Shown here: positions 39,679 to 48,116 of the stretch, piece by piece
Position numbering within the stretch: the stretch's first letter is position 1
Layout of the letters: every line of letters begins with the position of its first letter
Assembly (NCBI GenBank): GCA_965228475.1
Contig: OZ245817.1
Span: 320,001 to 384,000 of the forward strand
Length of the DNA stretch: 64,000 nt
Reading direction: 5' to 3'
Origin: Myxococcota bacterium
Lineage (GTDB): Bacteria; Myxococcota_A; UBA9160; JAFDDA01
Position numbers and translations under genes: made by a program
Notes under the pieces: model-generated
What the model was told of the DNA's origin: nothing
What the model saw: only the letters and a program-made list of their open reading frames with translations
Database searches by the model: none

Positions 39679-40127
39679 GAGGAGGCCTTCACTTCGGCCT
39701 TGGCCCGCTCCCAGGCCGCGTCGTCGACGCGCTGGCCGAAGAACCAGGGGTGGCCTTCGCAGTCCCGGCAGCCGTAGGTGCGGTCGCCGTAGTGCTGGGT
39801 CTCGAGCTCGCGGGTGATCTCCGCGCCCGCCGCCTTGGCCCGTTCGTAGTGGGCATCGACGTCGGGGACGAACACGTAGAGCGATTGGGTGTAGGCGCCG
39901 TCGAGCGCGCGCGGGCTGGCGGAGCCGCCGGGCCCCTCCGCCGTCGCGACCTGGATGAGGGCTTCGCCCGCGACGAGCTCCGAGTGCATCACCTCGCCCT
40001 TCGGGCCATCGACCACGATGCGCGGCTCGAACCCGAAGGCGCGGCCCAGCCATTCGATGGCCGCGCGCGGGTCGTCGTAGAAGAGGGCGCTCGCGGTCGG
40101 GGTCCAGTCCTTGGGAACGTGGCTCAT
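39675..40127 (-). CDS. VOC/glyoxalase family protein
   Basis: YDDPRAAIEWL..AFGF, HSEL, DVDAHY.RA..AGA, YG.R.Y...D.EGH.W.FG. Confidence 0.88.
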   Translation of the reverse strand: MSHVPKDWTPTASALFYDDPRAAIEWLGRAFGFEPRIVVDGPKGEVMHSELVAGEALIQVATAEGPGGSASPRALDGAYTQSLYVFVPDVDAHYERAKAAGAEITRELETQHYGDRTYGCRDCEGHPWFFGQRVDDAAWERAKAEVKASS

Positions 40128-40166
40128 GGTCGGCCTCCGGGTTGGGGTCGCCCGAGTATCCGACGA

Positions 40167-40194
40167 AAATGGTTAACCGTCAAGTTAACCATTT
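40167..40194. promoter_or_regulatory. Inverted-repeat operator, probably for the ArsR regulator
   Basis: AAATGGTTAAC-N6-GTTAACCATTT, perfect 11-bp arms, about 40 nt upstream of the VOC-VOC-ArsR-SRPBCC operon. Confidence 0.75.
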
Positions 40195-40207
40195 GCGGAG
40201 GCGCGCA

Positions 40208-40738
40208 TCAGCGGAGGGAGCCTTCTGCGAGCCGTTTCAGCGTCAGGAGCTGCTTGCGCATCATCACCCAATCGCCCCAGGCGAGCGCCGCGGTCGCGAG
40301 CCTCAGCAGCACGCCGCGGGGTTTCGGGACGCGCAGGCGCACCGCCAGCCGGCTGCCCGCCTCCCCGTGCGGTGTCACCCGGTAGGTGACGAGGAGACGT
40401 CCGAACAGGCGCGCTCCCCGGCCGCGCGTCGCGAGTGTCAGGTGGACGCCCGGCTCGAAGGCGACCAGCTCGAAGATCGACATCACGCTCTGTCCGACGG
40501 CGAGTTCTTCGAGGCCCGGGGTGAGCGAGCGCGGACTGCGGCGCCCGAGGTTGTCGATCCAGTCGTAGCTGTAGGGGGCGGCGCGCAATTGGCAGAGCCA
40601 GCGGAAGACCGTCGCCGGAGGCGCGTCGACGTCGACGGCGCGCACCCAGGTTTCCGCGTCCGCCGCGGCGTGCACCTCGCAGGCCCAGGGCGGCTCCTCG
40701 TCCTCGGGCCGGTCGCCCCAGCGGTACGGCAGCGCCAC
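40208..40738 (-). CDS. Hypothetical SRPBCC/polyketide-cyclase-like protein
   Basis: RAVDVDAP...VFRWLCQL..APYSYDWIDN, MMRKQLL. Confidence 0.65.
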   Translation of the reverse strand: MALPYRWGDRPEDEEPPWACEVHAAADAETWVRAVDVDAPPATVFRWLCQLRAAPYSYDWIDNLGRRSPRSLTPGLEELAVGQSVMSIFELVAFEPGVHLTLATRGRGARLFGRLLVTYRVTPHGEAGSRLAVRLRVPKPRGVLLRLATAALAWGDWVMMRKQLLTLKRLAEGSLR

Positions 40739-41923
40739 CTAGTACGTCGCTACCAGACTCGCGGCGACGATGACGAGGGCGCCGATGCTGGCGGCGGTGA
40801 AGGCGGCCGGGCCCGTGCGGCGCAGCGCCTCCCAGCGGGTCTCGAGCCCGACGGCGGTCATGCTGAGGATGAGCGCGAGCCGCGAGAGGGAGACCGCGAG
40901 CTCCTGGGTATCGAAGGCGCCCAGCCGCTCACCGAGAACGGAATCCGGCGGAAACCCGAACTGCACGCTCGGGAGCAGGCCGAACGAGGCGAGCCCCGTG
41001 AAGACGACGAGGCCCACGGCGAAGTTGGGGATCAAGGCCCAGGGCCGCCCGCCCGAACGCTCGCGATTCGCAGCGAAGCGCTTCCGGTAGGCGAGACCCG
41101 CCAGGAACACGATCGGAGCCAGCAGAGCGATGCGGACGAGCTTCACGACGGTGGCCGCTTCGCCCGCCTCCGGCCCGTGATTGAAGGCGGCCGCGATCAC
41201 CTGTGGCGTCTGCTGGATCGCGAGACCACACCAGGTGCCGAAGGCGACGGGGTCCATCCCGAGGAGCCGGCCCAGGGGTGGCAGGGCGAGCATGGTGACC
41301 AGGCCGAGCAGCGCCACGGTCGACGTCGAAAGCGCGACCTGTTCCTCGTCCGCCTCGATCGTCGGCGCGAGGGCGACGATCGCGGAGCCACCGCAGATGC
41401 CGTTGCCGGCCGCGAGCAGGGCGGCGAGGCGCGGGTCGAGATCTCGCCAGCGGAAGAGCGCGTAGAGGACCGCGCCCGACAGCAGGATCACGCCGAGGGA
41501 AAGCGCGAGCCCGCGGAGGCCGACGCCGGCGAGCACGCTCCAATCCATCCGGGCGCCGAGCAGCATGATGCCGGCCGGCAGGACGACCCGCATGACCCAG
41601 CGCGCGCCGGACCGCCAGAGCGCCGGGTCGAGCCCGGTGTTGCCGAGGGCGATGCCGAGCAGCATGGCGATCATCGTGGCATCGAGCATCAGCGGCCCGG
41701 AGCTGCCGCCGAGTACGCGCTCCGCTGCGAGCGCGGCCGCCGCGAGCAGCGCGCAGAAGACGAGCCCGGTCCGTCGGGGCGATTCCGTCGAGTCGGGAGC
41801 GGCGGCGGCGAGCTCCGCGCCGGCCTCCATGTAGATCAGGTGCTCGCCCCAGCGCAGGTCGCGCTCGAGCGAAGGCCGCGGAGGCTTGGACCGGGCGACG
41901 GGCTGCGTCGGGTCGAGCGTCAC
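40739..41923 (-). CDS. YeiH family (putative sulfate exporter) membrane protein
   Basis: GNGICGGSAIVA, PQVIAA, ATVVKLVRI, MTAVGL. Confidence 0.88.
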   Translation of the reverse strand: MTLDPTQPVARSKPPRPSLERDLRWGEHLIYMEAGAELAAAAPDSTESPRRTGLVFCALLAAAALAAERVLGGSSGPLMLDATMIAMLLGIALGNTGLDPALWRSGARWVMRVVLPAGIMLLGARMDWSVLAGVGLRGLALSLGVILLSGAVLYALFRWRDLDPRLAALLAAGNGICGGSAIVALAPTIEADEEQVALSTSTVALLGLVTMLALPPLGRLLGMDPVAFGTWCGLAIQQTPQVIAAAFNHGPEAGEAATVVKLVRIALLAPIVFLAGLAYRKRFAANRERSGGRPWALIPNFAVGLVVFTGLASFGLLPSVQFGFPPDSVLGERLGAFDTQELAVSLSRLALILSMTAVGLETRWEALRRTGPAAFTAASIGALVIVAASLVATY

Positions 41924-41983
41924 GATCGCGAAGTTAGCAGCCGCATGGCGACGGTGGCCCGGGCGATGTCGGCTCCGGGCGCG

Positions 41984-42628
41984 CTACCAGGTATCCACTT
42001 CGTGGTGAAGCTCGGCGAGGCCGACCTCCTGGCAGAGTCTCCGCGTGTCGGCCAGCACGCTGCGCCGTCCGCGTTCGCCGAGGGCTTCGCGTTCGATGGC
42101 GAGGAACTGCAGCCGGACCGGCTCGATCCGCTCGACCGGAAGCTCGGCCAGGGCCGGGGAAAGGAGCTGGATCTCCTCGGCTGCGAGGTGGCTGCGAATG
42201 TGGTCGAGATAGATCACGACGACCCGGAACACCTTCTCCCAGTCTCCTTCGCCGACGCCGTCGCAGAGTTCCTGGGTGAGCTGGCCGAGGGCCCGGTGTG
42301 CGCGTTCCAATCCTTTCGAGTGCTCGGCGTCGACGAGCCCCCAGGCATGCAGCGCCGGGAAGAACGCTTCCTCTTCCTTTCGGCGATGCACGCGATGCAC
42401 GAAGTTCCCGATCACGTCGACGACCGTCTGCCAGAAGTCGGGCCGGAGCGGTTCGCCGTGGGCGAGCCGGCGCGCCTCTTCGTCCATGGCGGCGATGGCC
42501 ATCCCCATGACGTGATGTTCGGCGAGCAGCTCCTGCTCCGGCCGCGCGGGTGCGGCCACCGCCGCATCGCGCATCCAGAGATCGAAGGCCAGCGCTCTGG
42601 CGCGTCGTGCCTTGGCTTCGTCGGTCAT
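41984..42628 (-). CDS. Hemerythrin domain protein
   Basis: EHH, H..H..KEE..FFP, H, H..SH..AEE..L iron-ligand pattern. Confidence 0.75.
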   Translation of the reverse strand: MTDEAKARRARALAFDLWMRDAAVAAPARPEQELLAEHHVMGMAIAAMDEEARRLAHGEPLRPDFWQTVVDVIGNFVHRVHRRKEEEAFFPALHAWGLVDAEHSKGLERAHRALGQLTQELCDGVGEGDWEKVFRVVVIYLDHIRSHLAAEEIQLLSPALAELPVERIEPVRLQFLAIEREALGERGRRSVLADTRRLCQEVGLAELHHEVDTW

Positions 42629-42663
42629 GGCGCTTCTCCGCGTTGGGGCCTCCCCCAGGCAGT

Positions 42664-42679
42664 TGCAACCGGCGTGCCG
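42664..42679 (-). promoter_or_regulatory. Sigma54 -24/-12 promoter
   Basis: CGGCACGCCGGTTGCA (GG-N10-GC) about 35 nt upstream of the hemerythrin ATG. Confidence 0.65.
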
Positions 42680-42871
42680 CAAGAGCGCCGCGGTAGGCTC
42701 CGGAGCTGCGCAAGGAGTCCCAGGTGCACGGGGCCGCGAGGCGAAACGCCGCTCTCCGGCGCCTTCTGGCCGGCTCCGGCGTCGGCAGGAGAAGGAAACT
42801 GGCGGATTCGCCCCGTAGCCGCCGGGCCGGCCACCCGCTGTACTAGGTCGTGGGAAGGGTCCGGAGATCCG

Positions 42872-43543
42872 ATGCGGTACCTCTTTGCGCTCTTCCTGAT
42901 GTCGGTCGCCTGTCCGGCGGCCGCGACCACCCTGACCTTCGACGTGAATCCGCTGCCGGTCTCGAACGCGCAGCTGCTGCCCCAGGAGTACGGTGACCGG
43001 GTCGTCGACGCCACCACCGACGTGCTCGGGAGCGGCGCCGCGGCCGCCGGGAGCTACCTCGTCGGGAGCGAAGGCGCGACGCCGAACGTGACCGTCGAGC
43101 ACGACTCGACGGGCGACGAGGTCCTCTGGACCACCGGCTACGGCGACCTCGTGAACGTCTCCTGGCGCGCCCAGTCGGTGATCTTCACCGCCGACACGGG
43201 CTTCTTCGTGACCTTCGATTCCTTCGACATCGCCTGCTTCGGTTGCAGCGACGGTTCCCTCGGGCCGACGGTCTCGCTCCTCGACGGTGGCGGAAACGAG
43301 CTCTGGTCGACGAACGGCAACATCACCTTCGCCGACGGCGGAGCGCACGAGACGATCACGCCGGTTCCGACGGTCACTGCGAGCGTCATCGAGCTGGTGT
43401 TCAACTACGCGGGGACCGAGGTCTCCGCGGACTTCGTCGGGATCGACAACCTGCGCTTCAGCCAGGAGGTGCCCGCACCGCCGTTGGCGCTGCTCGTGGG
43501 GCTGGCCGGTCTCGGCTTGCTGAGAGCTTCCCGGCGCGGCTAG
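42872..43543 (+). CDS. PEP-CTERM-type protein (VPAP variant)
   Basis: Signal peptide; TLTFD; GIDNLRFSQEVPAPPLALLVGLAGLGLLRASRRG. Confidence 0.8.
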   Translation: MRYLFALFLMSVACPAAATTLTFDVNPLPVSNAQLLPQEYGDRVVDATTDVLGSGAAAAGSYLVGSEGATPNVTVEHDSTGDEVLWTTGYGDLVNVSWRAQSVIFTADTGFFVTFDSFDIACFGCSDGSLGPTVSLLDGGGNELWSTNGNITFADGGAHETITPVPTVTASVIELVFNYAGTEVSADFVGIDNLRFSQEVPAPPLALLVGLAGLGLLRASRRG

Positions 43544-43586
43544 GCCGGCGCCGTGCGGCGCATCCGGTCGCCGGGAGACCGGAGGG

Positions 43587-44657
43587 TCAGAGGAAGACCA
43601 GGGCGTTCACGGCCATGGCCCGCGCGACGGCCTCCGTGTTGCTGCGGGCGCCGAGTTTCGTGCGCGCGCTGCGGAGGTGGCCCGAGAGCGACCGGACCGT
43701 TCCGCCGAGCTGCTCGGCGGCCTGCTCGAGGGTGAGGCCCTGGGCCACGAGGGAGAGCGCGTCGCGCTCGCGCACCGTGAGGTCCGCCTCCCGTGCCAGG
43801 ACGCCACGCGCGAACACCGAGCTCTGCGTCGACATCAGGGCCGACCGGAGGGTCGGGCCGAGCGTGGGAAGCTCGTCGCGAATCGCTTCGGCGCTTCGGC
43901 CTCGAAAGAACATCGAGGCGCCGACGAAGCCGCAGCCGAAGGGCGAGCCGAGGCTCACGCAAACCGGAAGCCGGTCTGCGTGGCACGCCTCGCGCAGGGC
44001 GTCGGGCACGGCCGGCTCGAGCGCAGGGCCGTTCCAGCAGCGGCCATCGGCATCCACCACGACTTCGCGGTCGGGCTCCGAGAAGATACGCAGGGCGACC
44101 GGGTTGCGGAGCAGTCCGCCGGAGGCGACGTGGGCCTCCATGGGGCCCGGCGCGCCCGCCCAGGCGAGGATCGCCTCGCCGCGCCGGAAGCTCACCGCGT
44201 TCAACGGCACGAAGCCGTAGCCGACCGCAGCGACCCCGAGCGGTGCGAGATGGTCGCGAAGCACGAATACGGCGGCCTCGACGTCCGCCGCTCCGGCGAG
44301 CCGCGTCGCGAGCTCCGCGTCGAGCCCGGAAGGAGTGTGCGCTTCGTGGTGGGGATTCGTTCCGAGCTGGGGCTCGCCCGCAGCCTGCACCACGGAGTGT
44401 CGCGCGAGGATGGCCGCGGCTTCCGTCGTGCTCTGCGCGCCGAGCTTGGTTCGCAGCGAAGCCAGGTGCTTCTCGGTCGTGGAGGGGGAGATGCCGAGAT
44501 TTTCGGCGATGGCGGCGCGCGTGGCGCCGCGCGTGAGCAGTGCGGCGACGGCCGCCTCGCGGTCCGTCAGGCCGTGGGTCTCGCGCAGCGCGGAGTCGAC
44601 CACGAGCTGGCCGTGCCGTGTTCCGTGCAGCGTTTCTTCCTGGCGGAGGCGTCGCAT
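43587..44657 (-). CDS. LuxR family regulator with HTH domains at both termini and a central sensor-like domain
   Basis: LTDRE...IAENLGIS.STTEKHL..LRTKLG at the N-terminus; LTVRERDAL...G...HLRSARTKLGA at the C-terminus. Confidence 0.75.
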   Translation of the reverse strand: MRRLRQEETLHGTRHGQLVVDSALRETHGLTDREAAVAALLTRGATRAAIAENLGISPSTTEKHLASLRTKLGAQSTTEAAAILARHSVVQAAGEPQLGTNPHHEAHTPSGLDAELATRLAGAADVEAAVFVLRDHLAPLGVAAVGYGFVPLNAVSFRRGEAILAWAGAPGPMEAHVASGGLLRNPVALRIFSEPDREVVVDADGRCWNGPALEPAVPDALREACHADRLPVCVSLGSPFGCGFVGASMFFRGRSAEAIRDELPTLGPTLRSALMSTQSSVFARGVLAREADLTVRERDALSLVAQGLTLEQAAEQLGGTVRSLSGHLRSARTKLGARSNTEAVARAMAVNALVFL

Positions 44658-44774
44658 CGTCTCGCGAGGGTAGCTCCCGTCGGCGGGGCCACTCCGCGGA
44701 ACCTGGAAGGAAACCGGAGGATTCCACCCACTCGCGGTGCGGATCTCGGCGCGTCCTCGCGCCGTCGACGCGCC

Positions 44775-45773
44775 TCAGCCTCGTCTCATGTACCCGGACA
44801 GGAACCCGGCCAGGGCCGCGCCGCTTCGGTAGGCGCACTCGACGCGGTCGCCGAGCAGCCAGTCGCCACAGACCGAGAGGCCCTTCGCCTCGTCGTGCAG
44901 GTAGGGTTGCCCGACGAAGCGCTCCGCTCGGGCCAGCAGCCAGCGGTGAACGTCGGTGGAGCGGACCGGCGGCAGGCGCCGACCCAGGCGTTCGGCAAAC
45001 GCTTCGAGAAGCGCTTCCGCCAGGCTGGCCGGTTCTGCTTCGAGGTGAGCCTGGCTGAACGCCGGCGTCGAGTGGAGCACCCAGGCTTCTCCATCCGGGC
45101 GCCCGGGTTTGCTCCGGTTCCGCGCCGCCCAGGCGAGCCGTTCGTCCGCGACGAAGGCGCCGTCGAAGTCCGCGTCCACCGGCCGCTCGAAGCGGATCAT
45201 GGCGGCGTGACAGGGCAGCATCGAGATTCCGGCGGCGATGGCTGCGAGTTCAGGGGAGCTCTCGAGGAGGGGAACCGCCTGCGGCGCCGGCGCCGCGACG
45301 ACGACCTGGCTAAAGCCCTCGAAGCGCCGCTCGTCTTCCGCGACGAGGATCCAGCGCTTCGCGTCGCCGCGTTCGAGCCGCGTGATCCGCGTCGAGAGTT
45401 CGACGTCGAGTGCGGCCGCAAGCACCTTGGGCGCCGCGGTCATGCGCGGCGCGCCGACCCAGCGCACGGGCGGTTCGTTGGGCTCCCGAGCTCTGGGTGC
45501 TCCTCCGAGGTGCGCGATCGGAACGTCCCAGGCTTCGACGACGCCCTCTCCCTGCCACCGGGTCACCTGGGCGCGGAACTCCGGATCGCGTGCGGTGAAG
45601 TACTGGGCGCCATGGTCGAAGTCGTCGGGGAAACGCCGGCGCGTGGCGAGACGTCCGCCGACGCCGCGGGACTTGTCGAAGACGCGGACTTCATGTCCTC
45701 CGTCCGCGAGCCGGGAGGCGGCGGTCAGCCCGGCCAGTCCGGCTCCGATGACGGCGATGCGTTCGGTCTTCAC
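44775..45773 (-). CDS. Renalase-like NAD(P)/FAD-dependent oxidoreductase
   Basis: IAVIGAGLAGL, FDKSRGVGGRLATRR, FDHGAQYFTAR, HRW, CGDW. Confidence 0.9.
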   Translation of the reverse strand: MKTERIAVIGAGLAGLTAASRLADGGHEVRVFDKSRGVGGRLATRRRFPDDFDHGAQYFTARDPEFRAQVTRWQGEGVVEAWDVPIAHLGGAPRAREPNEPPVRWVGAPRMTAAPKVLAAALDVELSTRITRLERGDAKRWILVAEDERRFEGFSQVVVAAPAPQAVPLLESSPELAAIAAGISMLPCHAAMIRFERPVDADFDGAFVADERLAWAARNRSKPGRPDGEAWVLHSTPAFSQAHLEAEPASLAEALLEAFAERLGRRLPPVRSTDVHRWLLARAERFVGQPYLHDEAKGLSVCGDWLLGDRVECAYRSGAALAGFLSGYMRRG

Positions 45774-45844
45774 GGGCGTGTTCCAGGTGAGGGTGTCGGC
45801 GCAGCAACGGAGTCTGCCCGGCAGCCCGCCCCTGGCAAGGCACG

Positions 45845-46504
45845 CTAGGGAAGCAGCGTCTCGAGGTAGGCGGCCTGCATGGCGATGAGCTCGTCGACCA
45901 TGGCCTTGCCTTCCGCCCGCGATCCCTCGAAGGCCACGTCGAGCACCGCGGCGGCGCTCTCGACGAGGCAGCGCGCCGCGCGCCGGGCGCGGGCCGGGGA
46001 GAGCTCGGGGGCCAGGCGGCGAAGGCCCCGGGCGTGTGCGGCCGCGAGCCGGACGTTGTCGGCCTGGTCGATCGCGTGGAGTTCCGGGACCGCCCGCATG
46101 GCACGGCGGATCGCCGTGTAGCCGGGAACCCGCTCGAGTGCCTCGATCAGGCCGCGGGTGGCCGCTTCGTGCTCGGCGCGCCAGTCCCGGCCCGGGCCGG
46201 TGCCCATGCGTTCGAGCTCCGGGAGGGCGTGGGCCTCCCACTCGGCCATCACGCGCTCGGCCAGGGCGACGATCACCGCGGTCTTGTTCGGGAAGTAGCG
46301 GTACACGGTGCGCACCCGGACCCCGGCGCGCTCGGCCAGCCGGTTGGTGTTGAAGCCGTCGACGCCGACTTCGTCGAGCAGCTCTGCCGCCGTGTCGAGG
46401 ATGTGGGCGACCGTCTCCCGGGCCCGCGCCTGGCGGGGGGCGACGCGGAGGTCGCTCGGCAGGGACGCTGCCGGGGTTTCGGGAAGGGGGTTGTCCGCCG
46501 CCAT
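45845..46504 (-). CDS. TetR/AcrR family regulator
   Basis: PRQARARETV..ILDTA, AERAGV..RTVYRYFPNK. Confidence 0.9.
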   Translation of the reverse strand: MAADNPLPETPAASLPSDLRVAPRQARARETVAHILDTAAELLDEVGVDGFNTNRLAERAGVRVRTVYRYFPNKTAVIVALAERVMAEWEAHALPELERMGTGPGRDWRAEHEAATRGLIEALERVPGYTAIRRAMRAVPELHAIDQADNVRLAAAHARGLRRLAPELSPARARRAARCLVESAAAVLDVAFEGSRAEGKAMVDELIAMQAAYLETLLP

Positions 46505-46505
46505 G

Positions 46506-46525
46506 AAGGGAGTATATACTCCCTT
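46506..46525. promoter_or_regulatory. Perfect 20-bp palindromic operator, probably TetR
   Basis: AAGGGAGTATATACTCCCTT between divergent tetR and the PhyH gene. Confidence 0.8.
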
Positions 46526-46572
46526 TTTGTGGATCGCGCCACGGCCCCACCGGCCGAAACAGGAGGAGCGCC

Positions 46573-47517
46573 ATGAGCCTCGAGACCCTCGCCCCCGACG
46601 CCAAGGCCAGCGAGGTCGCCGCCGCCCTGCAGCGCGACGGCGCCTGCATCGTGCGCGACGTCCTTTCGCCCGAACAGCTCGACCGCATCGACGCGGACGT
46701 CACGCCCTGGATCGAACGCTCCCAGAAAGGGGCCGACGATTTCACCGGGCGCAACACGAAGCGCACGGGAGCTCTCGTCGCGCGCTGTCCGGAGATCCGG
46801 CCGGTCGTGACGCACCCGCTCGTGCTCGCGGCCGCGAACGAGTTCCTCGACCCGTGGTGCGAGAAGATCCAGCTGCACCTGACCCAGACGATCGACATCC
46901 TGCCCGGCCAGGGTGCGCAGATCCTCCACCGCGACCGGCTCGCCTGGGGCGGCTACATCCCGAAGCCGATCGAGCCGCAGTTCAACACCATCTGGGCGCT
47001 CACGGACTTCACCGAGGAGAACGGTGCGACGCACGTCATTCCGGGGAGCCAGGACTGGCCGCTCGATCGCAATCCGAAGTCGCCCGGCGAGAGCATCCAG
47101 GCCGAGATGTCCCGCGGCTCCGTGCTCTGCTACTCGGGGACCGTCATCCATGGCGGCGGCGAGAACCGCTCGGACGCCGCGCGCGTCGGGCTCAACATCA
47201 CCTACTGCCTGGGCTGGCTTCGCCAGGAGGAAAACCAGTTCCTCTCGTGCCCGCCGCACATCGCGAAGGATCTCTCCCCCGAGCTGACCGATCTGCTCGG
47301 CTACACGATGGGCAACTACGCTCTCGGCTACTACTCGCAGCCCGAGATGGTGGAGGGGCTCCCCGACACGCTGCCGCCCGAGGTGGCGATCGGCCGCACG
47401 CCGGAATCGATCGGGGGCAACACGCTCATCTCCGGCAACGAGCCCGACGTGACGTGGGACGAGCTGGTGGCCGGCGCCGGGGAGCGCGGGCGCGAAGGGT
47501 CGGCTCCGCGCCGCTAG
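46573..47517 (+). CDS. Phytanoyl-CoA dioxygenase (PhyH) family protein
   Basis: QILHRD, ALTDFTEENGAT.VIPGS, HGGGEN, LRQEEN. Confidence 0.9.
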   Translation: MSLETLAPDAKASEVAAALQRDGACIVRDVLSPEQLDRIDADVTPWIERSQKGADDFTGRNTKRTGALVARCPEIRPVVTHPLVLAAANEFLDPWCEKIQLHLTQTIDILPGQGAQILHRDRLAWGGYIPKPIEPQFNTIWALTDFTEENGATHVIPGSQDWPLDRNPKSPGESIQAEMSRGSVLCYSGTVIHGGGENRSDAARVGLNITYCLGWLRQEENQFLSCPPHIAKDLSPELTDLLGYTMGNYALGYYSQPEMVEGLPDTLPPEVAIGRTPESIGGNTLISGNEPDVTWDELVAGAGERGREGSAPRR

Positions 47518-48116
47518 CGCCCGAGGGGCCGGGTCTCGACGATCCGGTCCAGGGCCTCGATCAGCTCGCCGGCGATCGCACCCGCCGGGCGGTCTCCGCA
47601 CTCGAGCACGACGTCCGCGCCCTCGAGCCCCGGCGCCTGCGCTTCGAGCAGCGGGGCGAGCTCCTCGGCCGTGGCGGGCGTCGCGAGGGCGAACTCGTAG
47701 AGGCTTCCCGGCTGGCCCGCGAGCTGCGCGCGGATGCGCTGCAGGAGCGCTTCCGCCGGCCGGCGCAGGTAGACGACCCGACCGTTCTCCCGAGCGAGGC
47801 GCATCGCCTCGGGCTTGAGCGGTGCGCTCCCGCCCGCGATGACCGCGCAGGGGCGCCGCGCGAAGGCCCGCTCGAGCGCCGCGGCGCTGTGTGTCGCGAG
47901 GGCGGCGATGCCGTCGCGGCCGACGAGCTCCGGCAGCGAGCAGCCCGCGCTGTTCTCGACGTTGCGGTCGACGTCGACGAAGGGAAGGCCGGTCCGGGCT
48001 GCGATCGCGCGCGCGACGAGGCTCGTCCCCGCGCCGACCTGGCCGACGAGCAGGAGCGGCTCTCCGAGAAAGAGGCGCGGGTGGGGTGCGTAGTAGTCGT
48101 CCATGCCCGAACTCAT
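47514..48116 (-). CDS. Shikimate kinase-like protein with degenerate P-loop
   Basis: LVGQVGAGTS, FVDVD..VE..AG.S..E, VVYL. Confidence 0.7.
   Translation of the reverse strand: MSSGMDDYYAPHPRLFLGEPLLLVGQVGAGTSLVARAIAARTGLPFVDVDRNVENSAGCSLPELVGRDGIAALATHSAAALERAFARRPCAVIAGGSAPLKPEAMRLARENGRVVYLRRPAEALLQRIRAQLAGQPGSLYEFALATPATAEELAPLLEAQAPGLEGADVVLECGDRPAGAIAGELIEALDRIVETRPLGR

Noticed and set aside
40142..42871. Very long alternative-frame ORFs (e.g. 40142-43543 upstream part, 48113-51475 upstream part, 53331-56156, 34646-37384, 59830-62664)
   Set aside because: Shadow ORFs expected at high GC; they overlap well-supported genes and have no motifs
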